Shown here one piece after another: positions 29,542 to 40,100 of a DNA stretch of 64,000 bases. Below the pieces are notes generated by a model. The model worked only from the letters and a program-made list of their open reading frames with translations. It ran no database searches and was not told where the DNA came from. A program made the translations under genes and the position numbers. The DNA is from a virus. Location: positions 1 to 64,000 of the IMG/VR virus record IMGVR_UViG_3300025057_000003, one strand, 5' to 3'. Every line of letters begins with the position of its first letter. Within the stretch, counting starts at the first letter, position 1.

Positions 29542-29847
29542 ATGGAGCCAGTATATAATTCAATGGGTGTTAGAGTTCCCGGCATGTACAAGAAAGGAGG
29601 TTCTACTCCTGCTTGGCAACGTAAGGAAGGTAAAAATCCCAAAGGAGGATTGAATGCAAAGGGTAGAGCTAGCTACAATAAAGAGACTGGTGGTAATCTT
29701 AAAGCCCCTAGCAAAGAAGTTGGCAATAAAAGACGTGCTTCGTTTTGTGCTAGAATGAAAGGTATGAAAAAGAAACTAACATCAAGTAAAACAGCTAATG
29801 ATCCTAATTCAAGAATTAATAAATCATTAAGAGCTTGGAACTGTTAA
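29542..29847 (+). CDS. Small basic protein (GVRVPGM tag + GGLNAKGRASY...RRASFCARM...SLRAWNC module)
   Basis: 101 aa. The C-terminal module resembles a small family widespread in aquatic phages (recalled, not searched). Confidence 0.8.
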   Translation: MEPVYNSMGVRVPGMYKKGGSTPAWQRKEGKNPKGGLNAKGRASYNKETGGNLKAPSKEVGNKRRASFCARMKGMKKKLTSSKTANDPNSRINKSLRAWNC

Positions 29848-29858
29848 AATTTTAAGTA

Positions 29859-30764
29859 ATGAGTATATCACATAAATATAGAACCTTTGATTCATTGTAT
29901 GAAGATGTATCTGTTGACTTTGCAAACTATGCTCTGGAAAATATGATTGATCCAGCTCAGCTAATCAAAGTTGCTACAAGAGTAAACTATGATCTGGGCT
30001 TAAGAATACATAGAACTAAAGAAGTGGTTCTTGATATAGAACACGGTAAAGCCAAACTGCCATCTGATTTTGCATATTTAAATTATGCATTTAAATGTGG
30101 TGAATATACTATTGCAGATAGGCCACCATCAGGAACCCATATAGAAACATTTAATGATGTACCATATGTCCCAGCTCCAGGTGAGTCTGGACCATGTGAA
30201 GATCCTGAATGTAGAGATGTATGTGTAATTAAAACATGTGATGGTAAAAATGAACACCAACTTGTACAAAGAATAAATGCATCTCAATACAGAACCTTTA
30301 CAGCATTTATGCCGTTAAGGATTGATACTGTAAATGATGCAACATGTGACTGCCCTAATGTAGGAATACAAGCTCATGATATAGCTGAAATAAAAGATGG
30401 CTTTATGGTTACAAGTTTTACAACGGGTAAAGTATATATAAGCTATCAAGGTGCAATGGAAGATCATAATGGAAATCTTTTAGTATTAGATCATCCTTAT
30501 TGCAATGAATACTATGAGTATGCATTAAAGCAACGCATACTTGAAAATATGATATTTGCTGGTGAGAATGTATCTCAACAGTTAGGTCTAATTGAGCAAA
30601 GACTGAGAGCTGCTAGAAATAATGCTCTAGGATTTATTAATACTCCAGACTTTGCAGAACTTAAAAAGGTATGGTTGCTTAACAGAAAGGCTCAATACCA
30701 TAACTATTATAATATGTTTAAGAGTTACCCTCCTCATGGGAACCGTCTATATAATTTAAGTTAA
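29859..30764 (+). CDS. Tail tubular/ring protein
   Basis: TSFTTGKVYISYQG..EDHNGNLLVLDHP...EYYEYALK, immediately upstream of the tail stabilisation gene as in crAss-like phages. Confidence 0.7.
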   Translation: MSISHKYRTFDSLYEDVSVDFANYALENMIDPAQLIKVATRVNYDLGLRIHRTKEVVLDIEHGKAKLPSDFAYLNYAFKCGEYTIADRPPSGTHIETFNDVPYVPAPGESGPCEDPECRDVCVIKTCDGKNEHQLVQRINASQYRTFTAFMPLRIDTVNDATCDCPNVGIQAHDIAEIKDGFMVTSFTTGKVYISYQGAMEDHNGNLLVLDHPYCNEYYEYALKQRILENMIFAGENVSQQLGLIEQRLRAARNNALGFINTPDFAELKKVWLLNRKAQYHNYYNMFKSYPPHGNRLYNLS

Positions 30765-30765
30765 A

Positions 30766-33700
30766 ATGGCAAAGCAGCAATCAACATCTTCTACTGAGGT
30801 AAATGCTACAAGTAAAGGGATGCAAAAGGATTTGTTTCCTACCTATTCTCCTAAAGATCAATGGAGTCATGCAAGAAATGCTGCAAATAATTCTGTTGAT
30901 GGTGATGTAGGTGTTATTGGAAATGAGCCTGCTAATTTACTTTGTGCTATAATACCTTATACAGTTATAGGTACTATTCACACTTATGGAGATCAATGGG
31001 TTATATATTCAACAGATGATATAGATTCAGAGATAGGTATTTTTGATGATAATAAATGTGAATATACCACGCTTGTAAATGATAGATGTTTAAGTTTTAA
31101 TAGAAAGTATTTAATAACCGGTGCAGCTAAAGAAAACTATGATTGTACTTGGCAGGTATATTGGGATGATGGAAATAATCCATCTAGAACTTTAAATATA
31201 GATGATATTCCTTATATACAGGAGGTTGTTTCTGCTCCTGGTGCAGAGTGCGTATTGTATGAGGATACAACAGCTTTAGATTGTGAGAAGATAAGATTAG
31301 CTCCTTTATTGGATACGCCATGTGTAAAACTTAGCAAAAACGTAGATGGTGGTCAACTTAGAAATGGAAGTTATCAAGCATATGTAGCATATGTTGTAAA
31401 TACACAACGTGTAACAGATTATATTGGTGTTTCAAATATTCAGCCATTATTTCAACATTTAACAAATGCAGGATCATTAGATATTCAAGTAACTAATTTA
31501 GATAAAGATTTTGAGGAATATGAGCTTGTAATTCTAGCTGATAATCAAGGTCAAAAAGTTGCAACAAGAATTGGCACATATAGTACAGAACAATCTGCAA
31601 TATCAATAGATCTTATTAGTAATTCAGAAGCAACAGATGTATCACTTAGAGATCTACTTCTAAGAAGACCTGCTTATGAGAAGTCTGATTCAATGTATGT
31701 AGTTAATGACTATTTGATTAGACAAGGACCAACAGAACAATTTGATTTTAACTATCAACCAATAGCAAATAATATTCAAACAAATTGGGTTGTAGCAGAG
31801 TATGATGCAGAATATTATTATAAAGGTGGAAATAAAGCTCAGTTTATGAGAGATGAGGTTTATTCCTTTTTTATACGTTGGGTTTATAATACAGGAGAAA
31901 GATCATTATCATATCATATACCAGGAAGAGCTCCTGGATTTAATTCATCAAATCAATTTGGTCAGCCGTTGGCTGATGAAGGTCCTGCTTCGGGTATTGA
32001 TGTAATTAGTAACTCAGGTCAGGAATTTAATTTTCAAGTATATAATACTGCTTCTGTTACATCTATTAATTTAACGGAACCTACGGATGATGGCGGAACT
32101 ATTATTGCTAGAGGGGGTATGGCTTATTGGCAATCAACCGAAAGATACCCTGCCACTGATCCCGTTAGATGGGCTGATTTGTGCGGAGAACCAATAAGAC
32201 ATCATAAATTTCCCACAGAAGAAATAAGTTCAAGTTTAGAGTTATCTGCTAATTCTGGCACACGTATTAGGATACTTGGTGTAGAGTTTAGCAATATAGA
32301 AAGACCTAAGTTTAATGATGGTACATACATACCAAATATAGTAGGATATGAAATATTAAGAGGATCTAGACAAGGTAATAAGTCAATACTTGCCAAAGGT
32401 ATATTTAGAAATATGCGGGAGTATCAGATTCCTGATAATGAAGGTGTATTTGGACCAAAAATTGGATTGTATCCAAACTTTCCATACAATGATTTAAGAG
32501 CCGATGTATACCACTATGATGGTTCTGCCGGTAATATAAATTGGCCTTGGGCAGGTAATAGCTCAAGTAATTTTCTTGGAACAGATCCTGTTCCTAGGAC
32601 AGATGGATGCGATACTTGGAGTGATTCATTAAGTAACTTTCCTCCATTAACAGATTACAGAAGAGATATATTTACATTTCATTCTCCAGAGTTAATGTTT
32701 AAGCGTCCATTTTTAAATCCTTATGAGATTAGAATGTATGGGGCTTATTCAGGAGAAAGTGTTGGTAGCTTTAAAGCTAGTGAAGAGCATCCTCAAAATA
32801 AACTGTTAAGAAATGGTGCTGCTATTATAGCAGGTATAATCGGGGTAGGCTATGCTATAGGTCAAATGCAAGGTACACAACAAGTTAAAAAAGTTGATGC
32901 TACAAATTCAAATACACCTTGGTTACCAATATGGTTTCTTGCAGGTTTAGCAAATGGAACAAATGTTCCAGGAGTTAATGCTGTAGCAGCCGGAACATCA
33001 ACAGGAACTGGCGCGGGTTCAGTAGCAGCAAATATAATATTAAATGCATTATTAGATGAAGGTACCAAACTTCTTGATATCTCGCTTAGTGGTGGTTCTG
33101 GAAGTGATATTGCATTTTATGTTCAGGCAGCTATTCAACAAGGTCTTGGTCTTGTTCCAGGTATGAATGGCGGTGGTTATGAAAGAACATATATTAAAGA
33201 TAAAGATACATCTTTACTACCCGTAATAGTAAAAATTATAACAGGTGTTGTAAATTCTAGAACAAATATTGCAATAGGTGCTCAAAAGATTATAGATCTA
33301 ATGTATAATCTTATTTCAGCTGAAGACTTTGCATTTAAATATAATTCTTATGGTTTATTTGATTCATATCATAGAACACAAAGTGGTATAAGATTTAGAT
33401 CCAGAAATGTTCAAGCAAATTACATTGGAAATACATTTACAGCATTTAATACACAGTTTAAAATAAATAACTTATTTAGACCAGATACTGTAGTTATTCA
33501 AACTAATGATAATTTTCAAATACCTCAAGATCTTGGGGCACCTCAAGATAGATCTAGATATTGTGTAGGTGGAGATGCTAGTGGTAGTTATGGTGATGAT
33601 TATATAACTAATCCAAATGCTACACAAACAAAGCAAATCTCAGCATTGTATGGCGCATTAAAATTTAATTATGATAATCAGTATGGTCAGATAGAAGGTA

Positions 33701-36700
33701 TAAAGCAAGTATCAATGAGTGGTTGTCTATATCAAATTGATACAACAAAGCCTGATAGATTTAGATATGAAACAGGACCGATCTTTAGTGGAGATACATA
33801 TGTAGGAAGATACACTGAAAAAACAATTATGCCAATATTCAGTGATTTCTTGTATGGACAACCCGATCAGTACCCATATAACTATCTACAAAGAATAAAT
33901 ATACCGTATCCAAGATTTTGGATGGATACTAGAAAGTATGATACTTCGGAGCTTGCAACAGAACTATCAACATTAACTTTATCAAATGGTCCAGGATTAG
34001 ATGGGGCATTACCAAATGATCTGTTTTATTTAGATAGAGGTGGTAAGTGCGGAACAAGTTTACTTGGTTTATTTGGGGCTGACAAAGGAGGTAATAGTGC
34101 ATTTGCAATGAGATATGGTTATATGTATACTCACGTAAATGGCATATTAGATTTCTTTGTTGAGTCAGAAGTTCTTTTACCCAACCGAGACTGGGAAGAC
34201 AGTAGAGGTAAAAGACATTATGATAATTTTAGATATACAGATGTAGATGAATTGTTTCATGCTCAAATTATAAAAGAAGATAACAATTATGTTTATGACT
34301 ATTCATTAAGTGCATCTAGATTTGTTACTAACTTAATTCCTAGTGGCGTAATACAACCTAGAGATTATGATCCAGATATTGCAGAGACATGTTTTTCTTA
34401 TTATCCAAAAAGATTAATATATTCTCTTCAAGCCCAAGAAGAAGCAAAGAAAGATTTTTGGAGAGTATTCTTACCTAATAATTATAGAGACTTTAAAGAT
34501 CAGGTTAATGTTATTAAGCCTATTAATAAGAATGGTGCTATTATATTTTTCCCTTATCAGTCTCCTCAAATGTTCCAAGGTATTGATCAGTTACAAACAG
34601 ATCTTAATACTAAAATTACTTTAGGAGATGGCGGATTGTTTAGTCAAGCATTTCAAAATTTAGTTAATTCTGAAATGTCAAATGAGTATGGCTCTTGCGA
34701 AAGTCAAAGAGGTATAATAAATACTCCATTTGGTTTCTTCTTTATATCACAAGCACAGGGTAAGATATTCCAACAGAATGGTCAAGGTTTAAATCCAATA
34801 TCTAATAAAGGAATGAAATGGTGGTTTAATAAATACTTACCATCAAATCTTATACGTCAGTTTCCTGAATTTGAATTTAGCGTACTTGCAGACAATCCAG
34901 TTATTGGAATTGGTTGTCAAGTTATATATGATATTACAGATGATATTGCATACTTCTGTAAAAAAGATTTCTCATTAAAAGAAGAGTATGAAGGTTTAGT
35001 TACATATGATAGTGAATTAGATTGTTTTGTAACTAATGGAAATCTTCCTTTAAAGAGAATAGAAATTTTACCGCCCCCAATATCAGTAGTTGTCCCAGGT
35101 CAAGGTGAATCTATAGATCAAAATCAACCAGTAACTCCAGGTAGTAAAAGATGTATTGAAATAGGAGATCCCGTTTATTTTGATGATTGTTCTTGGACGG
35201 TAAGTTATGATCCAAAAGCAGAAGCTTGGATATCATTCCATGATTGGCATCCTGAATTATGCATGTCTAGTATAAATCATTTCTTAACTATAAAGTCTGG
35301 TACAACAGATATACCTCAATGTCCTCCGGGATTTGTATATAATGCAGATTTAGAGAAATGTGTAAGACTTATAGATGTAACAGAAGATGCTGTAGTTTCT
35401 GTAGATGAATTAGCAATTGGAGTTCCAGATAGATGTCCTGAAGGGTTTACATTTAATGAACTTACGCAATTGTGCGAGAAGATAACAACTGCACCACTTA
35501 CATGTGAACCTACAGTATATGAGGTATGTGGTGGAACGCAAATAGTTGGAAACTATGGAAAGTTTGGAGCTAGATTTTATGAGCCAGTAGATCCAAATCC
35601 AGCTAATCTTCCAATACAAAGAGCTGGTTCAACGAATATTGAATACCAAAATGGAACTCCATTAACTTTAGTAGCTCAAGTGAATAGTACAAATAATCCA
35701 ACCGGATTTATAAATATATGGCGAGAAAGATTAAATACAGCAGGTGTATGGGGTAATGATGGCGCAGGTGGCCCATGTCCATCTAGAACGTCACTATCGG
35801 GAAGAGATCCAGTAAATGAGTGGATTGGATTTACAACATGTATTCAAATTCCAGAAACAAAAGTTTATAGTGTTTTTATAGCTGCAGATAATAGGACAAG
35901 ATTTAGTTTAAATGGTCAATTGATTGTAGATTTTGGATTATCGGGCCCTGTTGAAAATTTTCAATATGGTTGGGTATTTCCATTATTATTACCTGCAGGA
36001 ACAAGTATATTGCAACTAGAAGGGTATAATGATAGTTCTGTTGCTGCTTTTGCTGCAGAAGTTTATGATGCTACAGCATTAGAGTTAGCCGCATTTACAA
36101 CAATAGGAGAACTTGATGCTGTAAAAGTATTTAGTACAGAAGATTTAATTGGTAGTGGGGCTGTATTTGATATTGGTGAGGCAGGATTAAGTGGTTGTAA
36201 TTGCCCAGAAGGATTTATTTTATCTAATTGTGGAGGAGAACTACAGTGTGTTCAAATTGAAACAGCAGAACCCTCAGAAGGTTGTAATTGTCCAGAAGAT
36301 TACACTTTAGTTTACTTTAATAAAGATGAACAAAACTTTACATTACCTGATGGTGATTGTTTTAATGAAGAACTTCCTCCACCATTGTGTAGAAAAGTAG
36401 AATGTTTATGCCCTCCTGGGCCAGATCCAGATGCTATTGTTACTCAAAGCGGTCAATGTGATGATGTTTATCAATCAGGACCAAGCGGAAATAGATTATA
36501 TATAAATCCAAATCCAAGAAAGTGTATTTATAAATTACAAGAAGAAGCAGAACCTAATTTTAAAGTAGGTGGAATTTGGAGACACAATTATAGATGTGAC
36601 TTATTTGCAAATTACTATAATGTAGATTATCCATGGGAAGTGGAGCTAATTGAAAGTACGGGTCAAAATGTTATGACACTAAGAAGTATAGAGTACCAAT

Positions 36701-37182
36701 TAGAAAGTTTCGTATATAAAGGAAATCAATTCAATGCATGCGGTGATGATAAATGGCATGATTTAGATTTCAATTTTGATGAGTCAATTATTTATAATAG
36801 TGAGCAAGTATCAGGATTATTAAGATTAGAGCTAAGTCCAAAAGAAGATCCCATCAATGCATTAACATATCCAATTATAAATGCAAATGATATTCAAATA
36901 TTATATTCAAAAGAAGAACAAAAATATAGATTCAATCAGTTCTGGGATACAACCAATGACAGAGGTGAGTTTAGTAATGCTGAACAAAATATATTAATAA
37001 CACAATGTAATGGTTATATTAGAGAATTGAATGAGTTTAATTTAAATTATAACAAGGCTGAAGATCAAAGAAAGAAATTCAGACACTACTATAACAAAGT
37101 GTTATTAAGAAGAAATTTTTCAAATAATAAAAAGATGCTTCTTACATTAGTAAATTCAAAACTTAACCTATCATTTAGATAA
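30766..37182 (+). CDS. Tail stabilisation/muzzle protein (P22 gp10-like) with inserted Cys-repeat and PA14-like domains
   Basis: 2138 aa. KGMQKD..., YWDDGNNPSRTLNI, FMRDEVYSFFIRWVY.TG..S..YHIPG and WTVSYDP....WISFHDWHP are typical of crAss-like tail stabilisation proteins. Confidence 0.8.
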   Translation: MAKQQSTSSTEVNATSKGMQKDLFPTYSPKDQWSHARNAANNSVDGDVGVIGNEPANLLCAIIPYTVIGTIHTYGDQWVIYSTDDIDSEIGIFDDNKCEYTTLVNDRCLSFNRKYLITGAAKENYDCTWQVYWDDGNNPSRTLNIDDIPYIQEVVSAPGAECVLYEDTTALDCEKIRLAPLLDTPCVKLSKNVDGGQLRNGSYQAYVAYVVNTQRVTDYIGVSNIQPLFQHLTNAGSLDIQVTNLDKDFEEYELVILADNQGQKVATRIGTYSTEQSAISIDLISNSEATDVSLRDLLLRRPAYEKSDSMYVVNDYLIRQGPTEQFDFNYQPIANNIQTNWVVAEYDAEYYYKGGNKAQFMRDEVYSFFIRWVYNTGERSLSYHIPGRAPGFNSSNQFGQPLADEGPASGIDVISNSGQEFNFQVYNTASVTSINLTEPTDDGGTIIARGGMAYWQSTERYPATDPVRWADLCGEPIRHHKFPTEEISSSLELSANSGTRIRILGVEFSNIERPKFNDGTYIPNIVGYEILRGSRQGNKSILAKGIFRNMREYQIPDNEGVFGPKIGLYPNFPYNDLRADVYHYDGSAGNINWPWAGNSSSNFLGTDPVPRTDGCDTWSDSLSNFPPLTDYRRDIFTFHSPELMFKRPFLNPYEIRMYGAYSGESVGSFKASEEHPQNKLLRNGAAIIAGIIGVGYAIGQMQGTQQVKKVDATNSNTPWLPIWFLAGLANGTNVPGVNAVAAGTSTGTGAGSVAANIILNALLDEGTKLLDISLSGGSGSDIAFYVQAAIQQGLGLVPGMNGGGYERTYIKDKDTSLLPVIVKIITGVVNSRTNIAIGAQKIIDLMYNLISAEDFAFKYNSYGLFDSYHRTQSGIRFRSRNVQANYIGNTFTAFNTQFKINNLFRPDTVVIQTNDNFQIPQDLGAPQDRSRYCVGGDASGSYGDDYITNPNATQTKQISALYGALKFNYDNQYGQIEGIKQVSMSGCLYQIDTTKPDRFRYETGPIFSGDTYVGRYTEKTIMPIFSDFLYGQPDQYPYNYLQRINIPYPRFWMDTRKYDTSELATELSTLTLSNGPGLDGALPNDLFYLDRGGKCGTSLLGLFGADKGGNSAFAMRYGYMYTHVNGILDFFVESEVLLPNRDWEDSRGKRHYDNFRYTDVDELFHAQIIKEDNNYVYDYSLSASRFVTNLIPSGVIQPRDYDPDIAETCFSYYPKRLIYSLQAQEEAKKDFWRVFLPNNYRDFKDQVNVIKPINKNGAIIFFPYQSPQMFQGIDQLQTDLNTKITLGDGGLFSQAFQNLVNSEMSNEYGSCESQRGIINTPFGFFFISQAQGKIFQQNGQGLNPISNKGMKWWFNKYLPSNLIRQFPEFEFSVLADNPVIGIGCQVIYDITDDIAYFCKKDFSLKEEYEGLVTYDSELDCFVTNGNLPLKRIEILPPPISVVVPGQGESIDQNQPVTPGSKRCIEIGDPVYFDDCSWTVSYDPKAEAWISFHDWHPELCMSSINHFLTIKSGTTDIPQCPPGFVYNADLEKCVRLIDVTEDAVVSVDELAIGVPDRCPEGFTFNELTQLCEKITTAPLTCEPTVYEVCGGTQIVGNYGKFGARFYEPVDPNPANLPIQRAGSTNIEYQNGTPLTLVAQVNSTNNPTGFINIWRERLNTAGVWGNDGAGGPCPSRTSLSGRDPVNEWIGFTTCIQIPETKVYSVFIAADNRTRFSLNGQLIVDFGLSGPVENFQYGWVFPLLLPAGTSILQLEGYNDSSVAAFAAEVYDATALELAAFTTIGELDAVKVFSTEDLIGSGAVFDIGEAGLSGCNCPEGFILSNCGGELQCVQIETAEPSEGCNCPEDYTLVYFNKDEQNFTLPDGDCFNEELPPPLCRKVECLCPPGPDPDAIVTQSGQCDDVYQSGPSGNRLYINPNPRKCIYKLQEEAEPNFKVGGIWRHNYRCDLFANYYNVDYPWEVELIESTGQNVMTLRSIEYQLESFVYKGNQFNACGDDKWHDLDFNFDESIIYNSEQVSGLLRLELSPKEDPINALTYPIINANDIQILYSKEEQKYRFNQFWDTTNDRGEFSNAEQNILITQCNGYIRELNEFNLNYNKAEDQRKKFRHYYNKVLLRRNFSNNKKMLLTLVNSKLNLSFR

Positions 37183-40100
37183 TGAAAAAGTCATATTCAA
37201 ACATAGAGCGTAGAGGTTTACCGGGTGGACCCAATGAAGAAATAAATTTTAGCAACTTAAGTTATTCAACTCAAGGCTATAAAAGATTTAGTCCAGATGT
37301 AAACAATCCATTTAATCTTATTAATTCAGGAAGAATTACAATGAAAGATGTGGACTTTCCTGTTACGGGTATTGATAATCTTGGATATAGAATGACAATG
37401 ATGCCAGATGAAGAATATGAATTTCCAGGTAATGAAGTATTAGAAATACCTCACAGAACTCTAGAGAGCTTGCAACCGCATCATAAAGATCATCATAATA
37501 ATATACATGCTTTTGCTGGTATAACAGGAGATGCTGTTAACCATATGGGAGTATATGGAGGATTTGATACAAAGCATTTTGGTTTACATGGCTCTTATTT
37601 AAAACCTTTACAACAAATAGCACATAACTCAGGTGATATGCATTTAAGTGCAGAGTATAGAGGTGGTAATAATAGATTAAACTTTAATGTAGGCCCTACA
37701 TTTAATATGCATGGTGGCCATCCTAGCTTTGGAGTACAAGGTGGTTTAAGATTTAACTTTCAACCAGGTGGTGAGATAGAAGAAGATATGATGTATTCTC
37801 AACCTATTGAAGATATTATTAGTGATAGGAAGAATGATAGCTATGAGTACAAAAGATCTCAAGATCCTAGAACAGGGGCAATGAGTTATTATCAAAGAAA
37901 GAAAGGTTCTAACACTTGGAGAGATGCGGGCAAAGAGGGAAGTACAGGATACAGAGCTGTAACTAATGTATTTGGGGATGACAAGACCGGCTATGCAAAC
38001 TCACCAGAGAGAGCTCAGTTTCTAGATAAAATGAAGATGAACTATAGAATGAAGGACCAAAATTATATTAGAGGTCTTTTAGATAAAGCAAATCATCCTT
38101 TAGATTTAGTTTATGGTAATCCACAATTAGGCATACCTGCTTTTGGAGAACAGATTAAAAATATGTCTGAGTATAGAGAAGATTTTTTTGATCCATATGG
38201 AGATCAAGAAGATAAATATTTTGCAGAGTATGCGGCAACTCCACAAGAAAGAAAAGCTGCTGCACAACGGGCAAGACAAAATTATTTAAGTAATGTAGGT
38301 AGAACTGAAGAGGAAGATCAAATATATGAAGCAAAAAGACAAAAAGAAATTGATGAAGAGCATGCTAAATGGAGAGCAGAAAGAGAAAAAGATAGATTAG
38401 AAATGGGTCATGATGGCTTTGGTGGAAATGTAGTTGGTGGATGGGAATACACAGGTCAAACTCCAGATGAATATTATGCAGATATGCAAGACTCTGGACT
38501 TGGGGAGATAATGGATTATACAGGTATGACCACAGCAATGAATGTACTTGGTGTAACTGATATTATGAAATTAGGTATGGATGTTGAAGAAAAAGGTATA
38601 GGTGCTTTAACTGATGGAGGTAATTTGTTGACTGTAGCAGGTTTAATTCCTGGTATTGGTATGCTTGGTAAAGGTGCAAATCTTGTGGGAAAAGGTAGTA
38701 AACTTATTAAAACAGGAAAGAACGTAACAAAAGCTATAGATACAGGAAGAGATGTATATAATAAAGCATTAAAGCCAATTAATAAAACTTTAAATAAAAT
38801 TGGAGATGCTAAAAGCAGCAGTAAAATTTTAAATAAATACGGTGTTGGAAGCTTGAGTGATTTTAATAAAAATGTTCTAAAGAAAAATATAATATCATCA
38901 TCTAATCCAGCAATGCAAAAAAATATAGATAATGTTTTTAATACTACTAAAAAGCTTGGATTATCAAATGACTTATGGGGTGCAGCTACTGGATATGGAA
39001 TGTATAATTCATTAGATGCTGTAGATAGAATAGTGCATGGTGAAGGTAGTACAGATGATTTTGTCAAAGCAGGATTAAATTTTATACCAGGTGCAAATAT
39101 TGCTAAATCAACAGGTTTAGCTACGTATGGAACAAAGGCTGGTTTAAAGGCTATAGATAAATCAGGAGTATTTGATGATGAAAAAAATGAACGTCAAATA
39201 TCTCAACAAAACAACCAATTAAGAACAACAATGTTTCAAGGCGGTGGTGAAAGCGGAAGACGTAACTTAAATGATCTTTATGTTTCACCTTCAGATTTAG
39301 CTTATTTAAATAGACCATCTACAAAGAATGATCCTAATGAATATTATTGTAACCCGGGTGATGTAGGTTGTTTAGCAAGCTCTTATGATGCATATGATAA
39401 ACTTGTTGGACAAAGATATAGAAGTGATGAATTTTTATCGGAGCAAGGTTTAAAAAAATCTCTAGGCTTGCAAAGTTTACCAAGCCGATGGGATTCTCGT
39501 TCCGGAACAGGATATGACTGGGACCCAGAAACAAATGATTTTGTTTATTATAAAAATGACCAGGAAACAAAAAGATATAAGCCTGGATCTACCACACATG
39601 ATTGGATCATGAAGTATAAAGATTATTTCCAAAAAGGATATGAGGGAGAAGAGCAAGGTGGAGGATATGACTTTACAGCTGATAGCTGGGATATACATGG
39701 GATTCTTGTAGATCAAGGTGGAAAGAATGTATTTACTGGCGGTACTGAGTGGGATAACTATAACAAAACGGGTAACATAATGACTCCTGAGAAATTAAAA
39801 AACCTTTATTCAGAAATGACTCCCGGAACAATAATAGGTTTTAATAATTATAATAAAGGACTCAATCCTAAAAAAGGATTAACAGGTTCTGGTCATAGTA
39901 CCCAAGTTGTTGGTTATGATGAAAGAGGTGTTCCTGTAATATATGATTATGGTGATTATCTTCCAATTGATAAACTTGGTTTAGAACAGGGAGGTTTATA
40001 TAGTATAGATCAAATAAGTAATATCACTATACCAAAAGAACATATAGGAAAAAATTTAGAATGGGCAAAAGAAAAAGGTTATTGGACAGGCGAAGATCCT

